Origin: a virus
Taxonomy: Duplodnaviria > Heunggongvirae > Uroviricota > Caudoviricetes
Length of the DNA stretch: 64,000 bases
IMG/VR virus record: IMGVR_UViG_3300013902_000006
Strand: one strand, 5' to 3'
Numbering within the stretch: position 1 is the stretch's first letter; every line of letters starts with the position of its first letter. The notes beneath the pieces were generated by a model that saw nothing but the letters and a program-made list of their open reading frames with translations, had not been told where the DNA came from and did not search any database. Both the position numbers and the translations under genes were made by a program. Shown in pieces: positions 22,458 to 33,608 of the stretch.

Positions 22458-23366
22458 ATGAATAATACATACGGTATTGTCAGACCTTCGACCCTTGATG
22501 TCGATAAGGATGTAGAGATATGGTACAATTATCGTTCAGATAGAACAACAAATGATGCAGCGAATGCCACTTTCAACAAAGTGGATGATGTGGTATCGAT
22601 GCTCTCGTGCGCCGAAGCAACTATCAATGGTACAAATCAAACACTAAATGGGATGTTTAATCTTTCATTACCAGTATCTATTTTCGGTAAGGTTGGAATT
22701 TATACCATATATATAAGACCAAAGGAAATAAATGCCACGATATATGATGTCGGTGCCTTGGCTGCGAGTCCTGACATACGTGGAATAGTTCTTAATATGA
22801 ATAGTATAACAGAAGACCGTGCGTTATTCGGTAATGATAATCTGACGGGTTATAGAATCGAGTATCTGAGTACTGATGGTAACAATGAACGACAAGATTA
22901 TTATCGTCTGGTTACAAGTAGTAATCTATGCGAGCCAATCTCTCAAAACTTGACATCGGCGAACACGAACGCTAATGGTTATCGGTATAACGAAAGTGGC
23001 TCATTGTCATTTATCACCTTGACTCCTAGTACATCTCCTAGTTTTAAACCTAATGCAACGCCTTTTATAGGAAGTCCTGGACAGGATATTATTATAACCA
23101 ATACTAAATTTGATCCTGTTTGCATCGAAGTCGAGATGACTAAACATGATGTTGAAAGCTTATGGACTTCCATTAATGGAAATACAATTCGTAGTTTGGA
23201 TAACGGCTTGGTTACAGTCTACAACGATAATGGTGAGATATTCACACAACACGAGTATTATACGTTGAAAGATAACTATACACAGAATGACAAATATGAA
23301 GTGAAGAAATCTCGTGAAGGAAACATTGATTACATCGACAGCAGTGATGAAATATTAAACAATTAG
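22458..23366 (+). CDS. Structural protein, unknown function
   Basis: 302-aa ORF. Confidence 0.4.
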   Translation: MNNTYGIVRPSTLDVDKDVEIWYNYRSDRTTNDAANATFNKVDDVVSMLSCAEATINGTNQTLNGMFNLSLPVSIFGKVGIYTIYIRPKEINATIYDVGALAASPDIRGIVLNMNSITEDRALFGNDNLTGYRIEYLSTDGNNERQDYYRLVTSSNLCEPISQNLTSANTNANGYRYNESGSLSFITLTPSTSPSFKPNATPFIGSPGQDIIITNTKFDPVCIEVEMTKHDVESLWTSINGNTIRSLDNGLVTVYNDNGEIFTQHEYYTLKDNYTQNDKYEVKKSREGNIDYIDSSDEILNN

Positions 23367-23378
23367 AATTTTTGTACA

Positions 23379-25904
23379 ATGTCAAGATACACAAAATATC
23401 ATAGTAATTACATACTTAGAAAAAAACATCAGAATACCTCCAAGGGTACGATTTATGAAAGAGATTGGGTGACTACTGGTAGTCAGTATAATTTCGGCAG
23501 TGGTAAAACGCCGTATTATACTGACGGTAATTTTGTGTTTACAACAAGCAATGTAATCAGTAACCCAAAACATCATAAGATTTCGTCATCGTCGACAACA
23601 TACCATTATGATGATGTCAAGGACGCTAAGAATGATACAAGTAAGATAAAGATAGTCGAAAAGACGAATGATATACGTGATTACGTCTACTATGGTTCTT
23701 GTGTTGATTTGATAGTCACTTCCATTGAAAATATAGTTAATGAATTTCCAGGAGCAATAATTGTAACCAACGAAAAACTTACAGTACCTCCTTTATCTGA
23801 AAGCGGAAAATTCATTGAATTGAATGAATATATAATTAATAATCAATTCGATATTAACTTGTATGAAGAAGAAGTCACATTAAATGACGGTGATAATCCA
23901 TTAAGGTGGATTACGTATTCAATCAATGATTATGTCGTAAACGACGAAAAAATTACATCGTATGTAATAAATACTTACTTCGATGAAAAATGTTCCGCCC
24001 ATAATCAATGGGATTACCGTTATGCAAATAAATATGACAAAGTTAATGTTATTGAAATTATTATAAATGGTAAGTATACCATTAAGGGATATAAGGTCGA
24101 AGACGATTTGGTTTTTACTTACCCAAAATCATCTGGATTGGTAATAAAGCCATCGGAAGATAAAATTAATGAATACTTTGACAATTTGGAGGGTTTCGAA
24201 AGATTGTTGCTTAACAGGACTACAAATCCTCTGTATTCAAATGATTTAATTACTCCGATAGAAGGTAAATTGGCTTATTATTATATTAATAAGACATATA
24301 CGTGGCCTTCGACCGATTATTGTATCGATGTCAGTTCATCTCATTATGAAGAGTTCGTTGACAATATGTATGCTATGGCACAATCCTTCGATGAGTTATG
24401 GACTGATAATCTTTATCGAAAAATGACACATGAGGCAATAAGCAATTTCGATTGGACATATACGAGAGAATTTAATGAAGGAGACGATGATGCCAATATT
24501 CAAGGTGGTGAAAGAATGAAGAAAATACTTCATTTTTGCGGTCGTGTATTCGATGACATTAAGAAATATGCTGATGGTATTAAAATTTGTAATAGTGTAT
24601 CGTACAATGGTAATTCGAATATGCCGAACTCCGAGATAACCGAAAAATTGTCGGTCGGAGGATGGGAAACTTTATCTGTTATTCCTTCATTTGAAGGTGT
24701 TGATACAATTACTGTGACTAAAGACTTCCTGACGAATGGTAAATATAAATGGTTCAATCATTCAAATAGTCAAGTTTTAACGATGACGGATGTTGACACT
24801 AATTTTATGAAGAGATTGTTGCTTTCATCCAAAGCGTTATTCAAGTGTAAGGGAACTATTGAATCCTTGCGTATGATGATGGGAATGTTTGGTTTTAGTG
24901 AAAACAAAGGTGATTTTACAATAAAGGAAATGTATTATAAAGTAACTCCATTGTTAAAAACATCATCAAAAATAGCCGAGTATAATAACAAGAGAGATGT
25001 TACAGGTAATTATGAAGAGGATGATGAATATTGGGGTATAGCAGTCAAAGACTATGTGTTTTCTGATGGTAAAACTTATGTTATCCCATATGTAGATAAA
25101 GATAAGAACTTGGATAAGAAAAATTTTTATTTTCAATCAAACGGTGGATGGGGAAAATATCTTAACAATAATACAGTGATTAATACTGTATATACTGATG
25201 ATGGTATTAATTATTGTGAGACGACATCGTATCTCAGAATGTGTCAAAATGTAGGTGAATTGAAATATATTAGTCAAAACGATATTAAAGAAGGTGATGT
25301 ATGCTATGTGTTTAGCCTCGATGATTATACCGAAATTACTGGTGAAACTCCGACGGTTAACATTACACACTATTTCATTGCAAGGAAAACGGATTTCATG
25401 TATGTGTGGGACAATGTGAATCAAGATAGTAGTGAACAAATTCGTAACAAGGTTGAATATATCAAAAGCATAGTGACTAATCTTATTGGTAATAATCCCC
25501 ATTGTGGTTTCGGTAAATATGATTTAGGTAAATCTTTCATCGAAGATATTACCCATCCTTTTGCCAATATAGTACAAAATCCTTTGACTGGATTAACTGA
25601 AGATGAAGTTAAAGACAATAATGCAAATTTTAAATACACATTCATTGAAGATAGCGATAAGACCAAGGTTTTTGCAAATACTTATACATATAAGGAAAAC
25701 GAAGACGGAAGTGCCACTGTAACAAAGAATATAAACAGAGAGACAAATGATAATTACTATATAAATTCTAAGCTCGTTATTTTGACGAATACCGTTAAAG
25801 GTGATGAAAAAGGATTGTTCAAATCTTATTTCAGAGAAAAGATATTACCTTACCTAATGCAAATGACACCGTCGACTACAATATTGATACTACGTAATTT
25901 TTAA
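23379..25904 (+). CDS. Structural protein (putative tail fibre), unknown function
   Basis: 841-aa ORF. Confidence 0.45.
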   Translation: MSRYTKYHSNYILRKKHQNTSKGTIYERDWVTTGSQYNFGSGKTPYYTDGNFVFTTSNVISNPKHHKISSSSTTYHYDDVKDAKNDTSKIKIVEKTNDIRDYVYYGSCVDLIVTSIENIVNEFPGAIIVTNEKLTVPPLSESGKFIELNEYIINNQFDINLYEEEVTLNDGDNPLRWITYSINDYVVNDEKITSYVINTYFDEKCSAHNQWDYRYANKYDKVNVIEIIINGKYTIKGYKVEDDLVFTYPKSSGLVIKPSEDKINEYFDNLEGFERLLLNRTTNPLYSNDLITPIEGKLAYYYINKTYTWPSTDYCIDVSSSHYEEFVDNMYAMAQSFDELWTDNLYRKMTHEAISNFDWTYTREFNEGDDDANIQGGERMKKILHFCGRVFDDIKKYADGIKICNSVSYNGNSNMPNSEITEKLSVGGWETLSVIPSFEGVDTITVTKDFLTNGKYKWFNHSNSQVLTMTDVDTNFMKRLLLSSKALFKCKGTIESLRMMMGMFGFSENKGDFTIKEMYYKVTPLLKTSSKIAEYNNKRDVTGNYEEDDEYWGIAVKDYVFSDGKTYVIPYVDKDKNLDKKNFYFQSNGGWGKYLNNNTVINTVYTDDGINYCETTSYLRMCQNVGELKYISQNDIKEGDVCYVFSLDDYTEITGETPTVNITHYFIARKTDFMYVWDNVNQDSSEQIRNKVEYIKSIVTNLIGNNPHCGFGKYDLGKSFIEDITHPFANIVQNPLTGLTEDEVKDNNANFKYTFIEDSDKTKVFANTYTYKENEDGSATVTKNINRETNDNYYINSKLVILTNTVKGDEKGLFKSYFREKILPYLMQMTPSTTILILRNF

Positions 25905-25905
25905 T

Positions 25906-27156
25906 ATGGAAGACAATAATATAAAATTAAATGGAGAAGAATACAGTTTTAACATTGATTCTAAGACTAATAGTTTAGTAATCAATGTTACGGACTGTTC
26001 TGCTTTGGATTTAAAAGGATATGATGGTTGGTATAAATACAAAGTCATTGGTAACAAAATTTCATTCATTATCAATAATAATTTATCTGAAATTGAACGA
26101 GATGCATCATTGATGGTATCTAATTCGATGTATCCCGACAAATATGCGTACATTGCAATTAGTCAAAAAGGTGAGGTATACACATTAAGCAGTGACATTG
26201 TAGCTAAAAATAATATGTCTCCATTAATAGATGGTGAGGATTTCACGTTCAATATAAAGGTAGATGGTGGTGATAAAAAATGTATAATAAAAGAGATAAA
26301 GGAATATGTGTTATCTGATGACGAATATATTCGTATTCCTTTTGACAAATCATTGATAACGGAGTTACTTCAAATAGACGACGGCGTATATAAATTAAAT
26401 GTACATAATATGGGGCGTGTAACGGAAGACGCTTACTATTTTGAAATCGTATTAGTACACAATAACAACTCGTCGAAAATCTTGAATCTACATTTGCGGT
26501 ATCAAGATTTATCAAAGAATATTGTCGTGTCACCAAAGGCATTGGAATTTAAAAGCAATGGCTTTTCAACGAATAGAATACTTAAATTGAACGGAAATCT
26601 TATTGACAACGGCATTGAGGAAAATATTGTTAACCCGTTGGATTGGTTACATCTTATGTGTGGATATGACTGTATCTATGCATATGTTGACACTAATGAC
26701 AGCGAAAGTGTCAGAAACGGAAATATTACGATATACGGAAACAGCGTTAGCATTAAACAAGATGGAAAGATTAAAATCGAAACTCTTGAATCCTGTAATC
26801 ACGATAGTATCGCTGTAGTTTATAATGAAGTTGAGTATATTGATGGCGTTGAATTAATAAGTATTAAAGATAATGTCGTTAAACTTAGAACAAATACTTA
26901 CGAGAATGATAAATATGTACATGATTCAATGATAACGGTTAATTTATCCTGTAAATGGGCAGATTTTTCATTAGATTATGATAGCGAAAATGAAATCCAC
27001 ATAATTACCGTTATTGCTGATGATAACTGTTTCGATAACGAAAGAAAGTGTATTATGACAGTAAAAAACGCCGAAGACACAGAAGCATCTCGACGTTTTC
27101 TTTTGACACAAAAATCTTTATCAAAGAATTTAATGTTAGAAGAGATTAATGATTAA
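25906..27156 (+). CDS. Structural protein with BACON-like repeats
   Basis: Two segments, DGWYKYKVIGNKISFIINNNLSEIERDASLMV and DWLHLMCGYDCIYAYVDTNDSESVRNGNITIYG, fit the BACON pattern W...G..i.v.v..N....R.a.i.v. Confidence 0.4.
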   Translation: MEDNNIKLNGEEYSFNIDSKTNSLVINVTDCSALDLKGYDGWYKYKVIGNKISFIINNNLSEIERDASLMVSNSMYPDKYAYIAISQKGEVYTLSSDIVAKNNMSPLIDGEDFTFNIKVDGGDKKCIIKEIKEYVLSDDEYIRIPFDKSLITELLQIDDGVYKLNVHNMGRVTEDAYYFEIVLVHNNNSSKILNLHLRYQDLSKNIVVSPKALEFKSNGFSTNRILKLNGNLIDNGIEENIVNPLDWLHLMCGYDCIYAYVDTNDSESVRNGNITIYGNSVSIKQDGKIKIETLESCNHDSIAVVYNEVEYIDGVELISIKDNVVKLRTNTYENDKYVHDSMITVNLSCKWADFSLDYDSENEIHIITVIADDNCFDNERKCIMTVKNAEDTEASRRFLLTQKSLSKNLMLEEIND

Positions 27157-27976
27157 TCAGTCTTTCCACATCATTATTTACATCATCATAGGAATTTATC
27201 TTAAAATGATATATTTTATAATTGTTGGTAACATCGTGTTGTTCATAACTTAAGTTATCGACATTTAATTCGATGTAGCCGTGACCTTCGATATTCTCTC
27301 CACTGTTTTGTTGCAGCAACGAGCCACAATAGACTATCGGTATGTCATTCTTATTAAGTTCTTGATGTTTATGAATATGTCCTGCAATTACACAATTACA
27401 GCCCTCAAATTCTGTTATTGGTAAACCATTTTCTGAAACTCGCCCAAGGTCAGTCACACTTCCATTTATATCTCCGTGATAAAGTCCTATCACTCTATTC
27501 GAAGGATTATCCTTAATAATCTCATCTAAGTCTAAAGGACGTTTAAAACCATCAAATATGGAGTATAAGGCAAAGATAACGTTATCATCGACATAGCATC
27601 CACTCTTATATTCTGTCTCACGGTCTAAATAGACTACGTTAGGATATACATCCTTGATACCGAATGTCGGACTGATGGAATCCAAGCGGTCTAAGTTATT
27701 CTCAAGCATATCGTGATTACCTGCGATGATATATGTTTTTCCTATCGCATTGAGATAATTAAGCATCATATGGAATGTATCACTTGCTTCATTACTTATT
27801 CGTATTTTGTTATGGAAAATATCACCTGCAATAATAATACGAAACTCATCGTTCGGTATATCTTTGGTCGCTTTGTATAACTCAGCAATGGCTTGTTTTA
27901 ACATTTCGTGATAAGGTACTTTTTCCTCACTGTTGGGTATGTGTATATCGGCAATTGCAAAAATTTTTTTTATCAT
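27146..27976 (-). CDS. Mre11/SbcD-family metallophosphoesterase nuclease
   Basis: Calcineurin-like motifs IADIHIP (I), IIAGDIFHN (II), IIAGNHD (III) and VIAGHIHKH (V). Confidence 0.6.
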   Translation of the reverse strand: MIKKIFAIADIHIPNSEEKVPYHEMLKQAIAELYKATKDIPNDEFRIIIAGDIFHNKIRISNEASDTFHMMLNYLNAIGKTYIIAGNHDMLENNLDRLDSISPTFGIKDVYPNVVYLDRETEYKSGCYVDDNVIFALYSIFDGFKRPLDLDEIIKDNPSNRVIGLYHGDINGSVTDLGRVSENGLPITEFEGCNCVIAGHIHKHQELNKNDIPIVYCGSLLQQNSGENIEGHGYIELNVDNLSYEQHDVTNNYKIYHFKINSYDDVNNDVERLINH

Positions 27977-28008
27977 AATCCTAAATTTTAATACTTGAAA
28001 TTCGTGTG

Positions 28009-28016
28009 CAAAGATA
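28009..28016 (-). promoter_or_regulatory. Bacteroidetes-type -7 box (TATCTTTG on the minus strand) for the SbcD-like gene
   Basis: The reverse complement of caaagata gives TAnnTTTG about 33 nt upstream of the minus-strand start. Confidence 0.35.
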
Positions 28017-28046
28017 CTACTTTAATATGTAAAGTAAGAAAATATT

Positions 28047-28832
28047 ATGGAAAAAAATCTTAAAAGAGTTATTTTAGGCATTGATATTTCCACGACTTGT
28101 CTCGGTATTTCGTTGGTCGGTTATGATGGAGATAATGTTAAATTGCTATATATAAGTCACATAAAGCCAAAGGTAAATACGAGAAAAATCAAAGGCACCG
28201 AAGCTCTATTTGCAAAGAGCAGAATATTTAAAGAGAAGTTTACGGCATTATGTGATGAACTTAATATAAGGGATTCAATTACTGATATTGTGATTGAAGA
28301 ACCATTACCTAGTTCGCAGAATGTAAGCACAGTTAATACCTTGTTGAAGTTCAATGGAATGATTTCGGAATCCATGTATGAACTTACGGGCGTTGTTCCT
28401 AAATATATCTCATCTTATGATGCAAGAAAATTTGCTTTTCCTGACTTGATGGCAGTACGGAAATACAACAAGAAAGGTGAGGAATATTCATATAAGAAGA
28501 TTAAAAAGGCAATAAGCAACAATGAACTAGTATTATTTGGTAGTTATCCTTTCGACTGTGCGAAGAAAATGATATTATGGAATAAGATTTCCGAAATGTA
28601 CGACGGAATTCAATGGTTATATGATAAAAAAGGTGAGTTAAAAACTGAGAATTTTGATGCTTCGGATAGTCTAGTTTGTATATTGGGACAGATTTCGAAA
28701 GAAAAATATAAGGACGATGTCCCTGTTATAATTTTAACTGATGAAAGTAGAAATAAAGATAATATAGTTATAAACTATGATTTTAAATTTTGCGATCAAA
28801 TAATAAATAAATCTATTGAAATTACTGAATAA
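28047..28832 (+). CDS. RuvC-like Holliday junction resolvase
   Basis: N-terminus VILGIDISTTCLGISLV resembles RuvC IILGIDPGSRVTGYGV, with a later acidic motif DIVIEEP. Confidence 0.5.
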   Translation: MEKNLKRVILGIDISTTCLGISLVGYDGDNVKLLYISHIKPKVNTRKIKGTEALFAKSRIFKEKFTALCDELNIRDSITDIVIEEPLPSSQNVSTVNTLLKFNGMISESMYELTGVVPKYISSYDARKFAFPDLMAVRKYNKKGEEYSYKKIKKAISNNELVLFGSYPFDCAKKMILWNKISEMYDGIQWLYDKKGELKTENFDASDSLVCILGQISKEKYKDDVPVIILTDESRNKDNIVINYDFKFCDQIINKSIEITE

Positions 28833-28954
28833 TAATTTATTTTTTAATTTTTAATTGTTTTTTATTAATTAAATAATATATAATGGTCCGTATACATGTA
28901 TACGGATTTTTTATTTTTTAACTTTTAATATTTTGTTATTTAAGAAATAAATTG

Positions 28955-28962
28955 TATTTTTG
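28955..28962 (+). promoter_or_regulatory. Bacteroidetes-type -7 box TATTTTTG(CA) upstream of the primase gene
   Basis: Matches TAnnTTTG and lies 44 nt before the ATG. Confidence 0.4.
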
Positions 28963-29005
28963 CAATCAAAAATATTTTAAGTGAACATAATAATGATGAT
29001 TAGAT

Positions 29006-30016
29006 ATGATAGACAGTAGTATTAATGAAATAATTAATATCGTTAATGATATTTTTGGTACGCCTAGACGAGAAGCATCCATTGACGGGTGGACTGAATA
29101 TAATTGTCCCTGTTGTGCTGAAGAAAACGGAAATACTGTCGATGGTAAATATAATTTTTGTATAAACTATTCAAAAGGTGTATGCCATTGTTGGAAATGC
29201 GGTACGAGTGGCAGAATATCGAAGTATGTTCGTCGTTATGGAGGTAATGATAAATTAACTGAATATCGAAATATCGTAAATGAAATCCGTAGGAGTCAAC
29301 AATACAGTTTGGAAAAATATGGAATCGTCAATGATGCTGAAATACTTAAGATTGAAAATACAGTAACGTTACCGAAGGATTATTCCAATGATTTCACAAA
29401 GGATGATAGACAGACGATATATGCCTTGTCATACCTAAGAAAACGTGGAATCAATGACAATATCATCAAAAAATTTAATATAGGCTATGTGGGATGGACA
29501 AAAGAACCTAATATGAGTTTCCGTATCGTTATCCCTTCATATGATGAATTTGGTGATTTAAATTATTATATTGCCAGAGATTATTCAGGGAAAAACAATA
29601 AACGAAAATATAATAACCCTGAAGTCCCTAAGACATCATATATTTTTAATGAAGGCTTAGTAAATTGGTATGAGGATATTACATTGGTCGAAGGAGTTTT
29701 TGATCATATAGTAGTCCCTAATTCGATACCTCTATTGGGTAAGGTGTTGGATGAAAATAATGCATTATATTCAGCTTTGGTGAATAGGGCAATGGCAAAT
29801 GTAAACGTGATGTTGGATGGCGATGCTGTAAAGGATGCGAAGAAATTGTATTACAAACTTGAAGACAGTGCATTAAAGGATCGGGTTAGAATAATAATTT
29901 GCGATGATGGTTACGATGCCTCAACAATATATGAGAAATATGGTATCGATGGCATTAAGACGATAATGAAATCTAAGAGACGATTGGATGATTTCGACCG
30001 TATTTTCAATGTATAG
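29006..30016 (+). CDS. DnaG-type DNA primase (CHC2 zinc finger + TOPRIM)
   Basis: CPCC...H...CWKCG zinc finger, then LVEGVFD and MLDGDAVKDAKK TOPRIM acidic motifs. Confidence 0.7.
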   Translation: MIDSSINEIINIVNDIFGTPRREASIDGWTEYNCPCCAEENGNTVDGKYNFCINYSKGVCHCWKCGTSGRISKYVRRYGGNDKLTEYRNIVNEIRRSQQYSLEKYGIVNDAEILKIENTVTLPKDYSNDFTKDDRQTIYALSYLRKRGINDNIIKKFNIGYVGWTKEPNMSFRIVIPSYDEFGDLNYYIARDYSGKNNKRKYNNPEVPKTSYIFNEGLVNWYEDITLVEGVFDHIVVPNSIPLLGKVLDENNALYSALVNRAMANVNVMLDGDAVKDAKKLYYKLEDSALKDRVRIIICDDGYDASTIYEKYGIDGIKTIMKSKRRLDDFDRIFNV

Positions 30017-30034
30017 GATAAAGGCTTAGGATTT

Positions 30035-30715
30035 CTAAGCCTTTTTGTTGAATAATTGTATTAAGTCATAAATAAATGCAAGTATTTTAGAAAGGAAGTT
30101 TCCATTTGAAAGTGATGTGAATAGTACATTGATAGAAGAACTACGGCATACCTTTGTTGTATTTTTAACCCTGTTATACCATCCATTCAAGAATTTCTTT
30201 TGACTTGGTTTTTTAATAGTTACATTCTTGTAATATTGGTTGCGCTGTCTGATAAATTCAGTTTCGACAGCTTTCATCTTACTCCCATTCGCATATTTTA
30301 ATGTAGTTGTGCCGATGACACCATCAACACTTATATTTGTCTTATATACATTATTGATTGCCTTTTGTAGAAGTTTGGCAGAGGTCTTGATACCAGCATT
30401 AACACCGTGGCAAAAGAGATGCCCTGCAATTAATAAGCTCGTGAACTGTTCGCACTTTAATGGATAATAATATGTCGTGTAATAGTATTGTTTAACCGAA
30501 GCGTCCAAGGATGCATCCTTAATCTTTGCATTATATTTAATTGGCTTATGCTTGTCGATGATTTTCCATCCACTCCAATTAGGGTTGTATGCCCTTGATA
30601 TACCGCAATAGGTTTCCTTTCCTTTGTCTCCTTTGGTTTGTTTTTCGTTGCCTGAACTGTAACCACCTTCGTGAGACAATACCATATTTATTAGTTTTAT
30701 CGACCTGTCAGTCAT
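30035..30715 (-). CDS. GH108-family peptidoglycan hydrolase (endolysin candidate) with a C-terminal PG-binding region
   Basis: N-terminus LSHEGGYSSGNEKQTKGDKGKETYCGI matches the GH108 EGGYVNDP..GG.T..GI signature. Encoded on the opposite strand. Confidence 0.65.
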   Translation of the reverse strand: MTDRSIKLINMVLSHEGGYSSGNEKQTKGDKGKETYCGISRAYNPNWSGWKIIDKHKPIKYNAKIKDASLDASVKQYYYTTYYYPLKCEQFTSLLIAGHLFCHGVNAGIKTSAKLLQKAINNVYKTNISVDGVIGTTTLKYANGSKMKAVETEFIRQRNQYYKNVTIKKPSQKKFLNGWYNRVKNTTKVCRSSSINVLFTSLSNGNFLSKILAFIYDLIQLFNKKA

Positions 30716-30779
30716 ATCATTTAAGTTTATTTAATATATAAATATCAGTTGGAATATTAAATATTTTAATAAAAAACGT

Positions 30780-30787
30780 ATATTTGT
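30780..30787 (+). promoter_or_regulatory. -7 box TATATTTG upstream of the 30810 gene
   Basis: TAnnTTTG match 23 nt before the ATG. Confidence 0.3.
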
Positions 30788-30809
30788 AATCGATAAAATA
30801 TTGTTTTAA

Positions 30810-31175
30810 ATGGAGATAACATTAGTTTTGAACGATAGGTTATATGACGATATTGATAGAATGTCGAAATCGTTAAATATTTCGGTCAATGACTATTTGA
30901 TTGAAATTATAGAGGATGGTTTCTATACCGATAAATACGGTGATTTGAATAAGATATTGAATAATAAAAAAGAAGCCGCTTTCAAAGAAAAGCTTATTGA
31001 GAATACCGCAAAAGTAGATGATAAAAAACCAAAAGAGAAAAAAGAGGATAGAAGGACTAAAGAAGCCGAAGTCGTTAAGTGCGAAAAGACCAATATAGCC
31101 GATTCCACTGAAGATGAGGCAACTGAGAAGATAAAGAAACGTGTTAGTAGAACAAGAACCATAAAGAGTAAATAA
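30810..31175 (+). CDS. Putative ribbon-helix-helix DNA-binding protein with a Lys/Glu-rich tail
   Basis: ITLVLNDRLYDDIDRMSKSLNISVNDYLIEIIE fits an RHH beta-strand plus helix pattern. Confidence 0.35.
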   Translation: MEITLVLNDRLYDDIDRMSKSLNISVNDYLIEIIEDGFYTDKYGDLNKILNNKKEAAFKEKLIENTAKVDDKKPKEKKEDRRTKEAEVVKCEKTNIADSTEDEATEKIKKRVSRTRTIKSK

Positions 31176-31176
31176 A

Positions 31177-33549
31177 ATGATAGAGAATATAAATCCGACA
31201 GATAGATTGGTATTCGATTTGAACATGTATCAAATTGATTACAACGAGCAAAAGATAAAGAGTTTACGTAAGGAAATATCCGAGAAATACGGTGTCCCTA
31301 TGAAGAATGTCGAAGTGAACTTTAATCCTATAACAGTCAAAGATGATGGCACAAAGATTTCATTGGCATCGGATATTGTAAACAATATACAAGACCCAAA
31401 GTTCCAACAGAAGCTGTTCGGTGAGTATATTGAGATGAAGGATATAAAAGATGTAAATCTCGACGATATCGTTAAAATCGATAATGTAATTAATGCCCAC
31501 GTCGATTTTGATGCATATGCAAGGTATAAATCATATAAAATAAAGTATGCGAAATGGGATAATTATTTATCATATGGTAAAGGAAATTACTTTGATTTTA
31601 CGAAATTAAAGGGTTTGGTTTTACTGAACGGCGAGCCTGAGAATCAGTGTGGAAAAACTACTTTTGCAATTGATTTGTTACGCTTCGCTCTTTTTGGAAA
31701 GTCACCTAAGTGTCCCACCCTCGACAGTGTGTTCAATATTTACCTTGATAACGAGACTGAAGCTATGGTCGAGGTAGGTCTTGAAATAGAAGGTATCGAT
31801 TATGTTATTAGAAGAACAATTACAAGACCTCCTTTGAAGAAGCGAACTGCCAAGAGTAAATGTAAACAAAAGGTAGAGTATTTCAAGAAGGTGAATGGCA
31901 GTAATGAATTGATTGAAAATTGCGAGGCCGAGAGTGGAACACAGACTAATAATTTGATTCGTGAGACTATCGGTAATGTCGACGATTTCAATCTCGTAAT
32001 ATCTGCCACCCGTAAGACGTTGGACAATCTGCTTGATATGGGTCAGACCGACAAGGGCAAACTTTTCTCAAGATGGTTGGGACTATTAACCATCGAGGAA
32101 AAGGAAAAGATAGCCAAAGATGAATACAAGAAACTAAGCAAGGATTTGTTGTCTAATCGTTATAATAAGGGAGTATTGGACAATGAAATTAATGATATGA
32201 AATCCGTCATCAATAACAATAACGGAAGAATAGTAGAACTTGAGGATAAACTTAACAAATCCAATGAAAAGATAAATGAACTGAATGAGGAGAAAACCAA
32301 GATACAGTCCAATCGTAAAGAAATAAAGGAAGAATTAATTAGAATTGACATAATGACAATAGAGAACAAACTATTAAGTCTGTCCAACGAGAAACTGATA
32401 AAGAATAACGAATATTCTATTGCAAAGGACGAATATGATAAGATAAAAGATTCTATATTTGATGAGACTACTTATAAGAAGGCACTTACTGATAAGCAGC
32501 AATACGAAAATTCAAATGCCGAGATAAAGGGTCAGATCAAGATAATAAGAGCAAATAATGCCAATATTGAGGCATTGATAGCACAGAAAATTTGTCCTAC
32601 TTGTCATCAAGAGATAGATGTAACGGCTCAAACATCAGTAATTGATAACAATAAACAAGAAGAGAAAAAGTTGATAGCCCAAGGCGTTTCCAACAAAAAG
32701 ATGATAGATGAATTGTCGGTTTCGATAAATAATATGGAAATACAGAGAGCCAATGTACAAAGGAAATCAAACCTTGAGTTTAAGATGTCAGCAATAGAAG
32801 TGCAGATAAAAAATCTTGATATGAATATTTCTGAGTATAATAGGCAGAAGAATGAGATAGAGACTAACAAGGATAACATTCGTTATAACAACGAGATTGA
32901 CAATAAGATACGTATTTGTGATGATAGCATCCGTGTTGAAAATGGAGTAAAGGAGCAACTTATTAGGGAAATACAACAATACAAGACAGAAAATAATAAT
33001 TATGAGGCTGAAATTAAGAATCATCAGATAGTTATTGATAAACTCGTCGAGGAAGAAAAGGTAATCCGTAATTGGACTTTGTATCAAGAGTTGCTTGGCA
33101 AGAATGGAATCGTCAAAATAGTATTGAAGAATGCATTACCGATAATTAATAATGAGGTCAAAAGGCTTCTTGAAGGTTTGTGCGATTTCGATGTTGTTTT
33201 GTCAGTATCGGATAATAACCAGATATGTCTTGACTTACTGCGTGATGGCAAAGCAATAGACCTTGGCACAGGTGCAAGTGGTTTCGAGGGAACAATTTCT
33301 TCATTGGCGTTACGTGCTGCACTGGGAAACATCTCGATAATTTCAAAACCGAATGGATTAGTATTGGACGAGGTACTAAGCGGAATTAGTGCTGAAAACG
33401 TCGCTAATATTATGACTTTGTATCATAGGATGCTTAACAATTATGATTTCATTTTGCATATATGCCATGATACTACTTTGGTCGACTACCACGAAAGTAT
33501 CGTAACCGTGACTAAAAAAGATAATGTTTCTGTCATAGAGATGAAATAA
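31177..33549 (+). CDS. Rad50/SbcC-like ATPase (T4 gp46-like)
   Basis: N-terminal Walker A GEPENQCGKTT. Long central coiled coil with a CPTCHQ zinc hook. C-terminal LVLDEVLSG Walker B/D-loop. Confidence 0.7.
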   Translation: MIENINPTDRLVFDLNMYQIDYNEQKIKSLRKEISEKYGVPMKNVEVNFNPITVKDDGTKISLASDIVNNIQDPKFQQKLFGEYIEMKDIKDVNLDDIVKIDNVINAHVDFDAYARYKSYKIKYAKWDNYLSYGKGNYFDFTKLKGLVLLNGEPENQCGKTTFAIDLLRFALFGKSPKCPTLDSVFNIYLDNETEAMVEVGLEIEGIDYVIRRTITRPPLKKRTAKSKCKQKVEYFKKVNGSNELIENCEAESGTQTNNLIRETIGNVDDFNLVISATRKTLDNLLDMGQTDKGKLFSRWLGLLTIEEKEKIAKDEYKKLSKDLLSNRYNKGVLDNEINDMKSVINNNNGRIVELEDKLNKSNEKINELNEEKTKIQSNRKEIKEELIRIDIMTIENKLLSLSNEKLIKNNEYSIAKDEYDKIKDSIFDETTYKKALTDKQQYENSNAEIKGQIKIIRANNANIEALIAQKICPTCHQEIDVTAQTSVIDNNKQEEKKLIAQGVSNKKMIDELSVSINNMEIQRANVQRKSNLEFKMSAIEVQIKNLDMNISEYNRQKNEIETNKDNIRYNNEIDNKIRICDDSIRVENGVKEQLIREIQQYKTENNNYEAEIKNHQIVIDKLVEEEKVIRNWTLYQELLGKNGIVKIVLKNALPIINNEVKRLLEGLCDFDVVLSVSDNNQICLDLLRDGKAIDLGTGASGFEGTISSLALRAALGNISIISKPNGLVLDEVLSGISAENVANIMTLYHRMLNNYDFILHICHDTTLVDYHESIVTVTKKDNVSVIEMK

Positions 33550-33608
33550 ACCATATTATATTTCGTATACTATAACATGTTTATTTATTAAATATGATAC
33601 TATAGTAT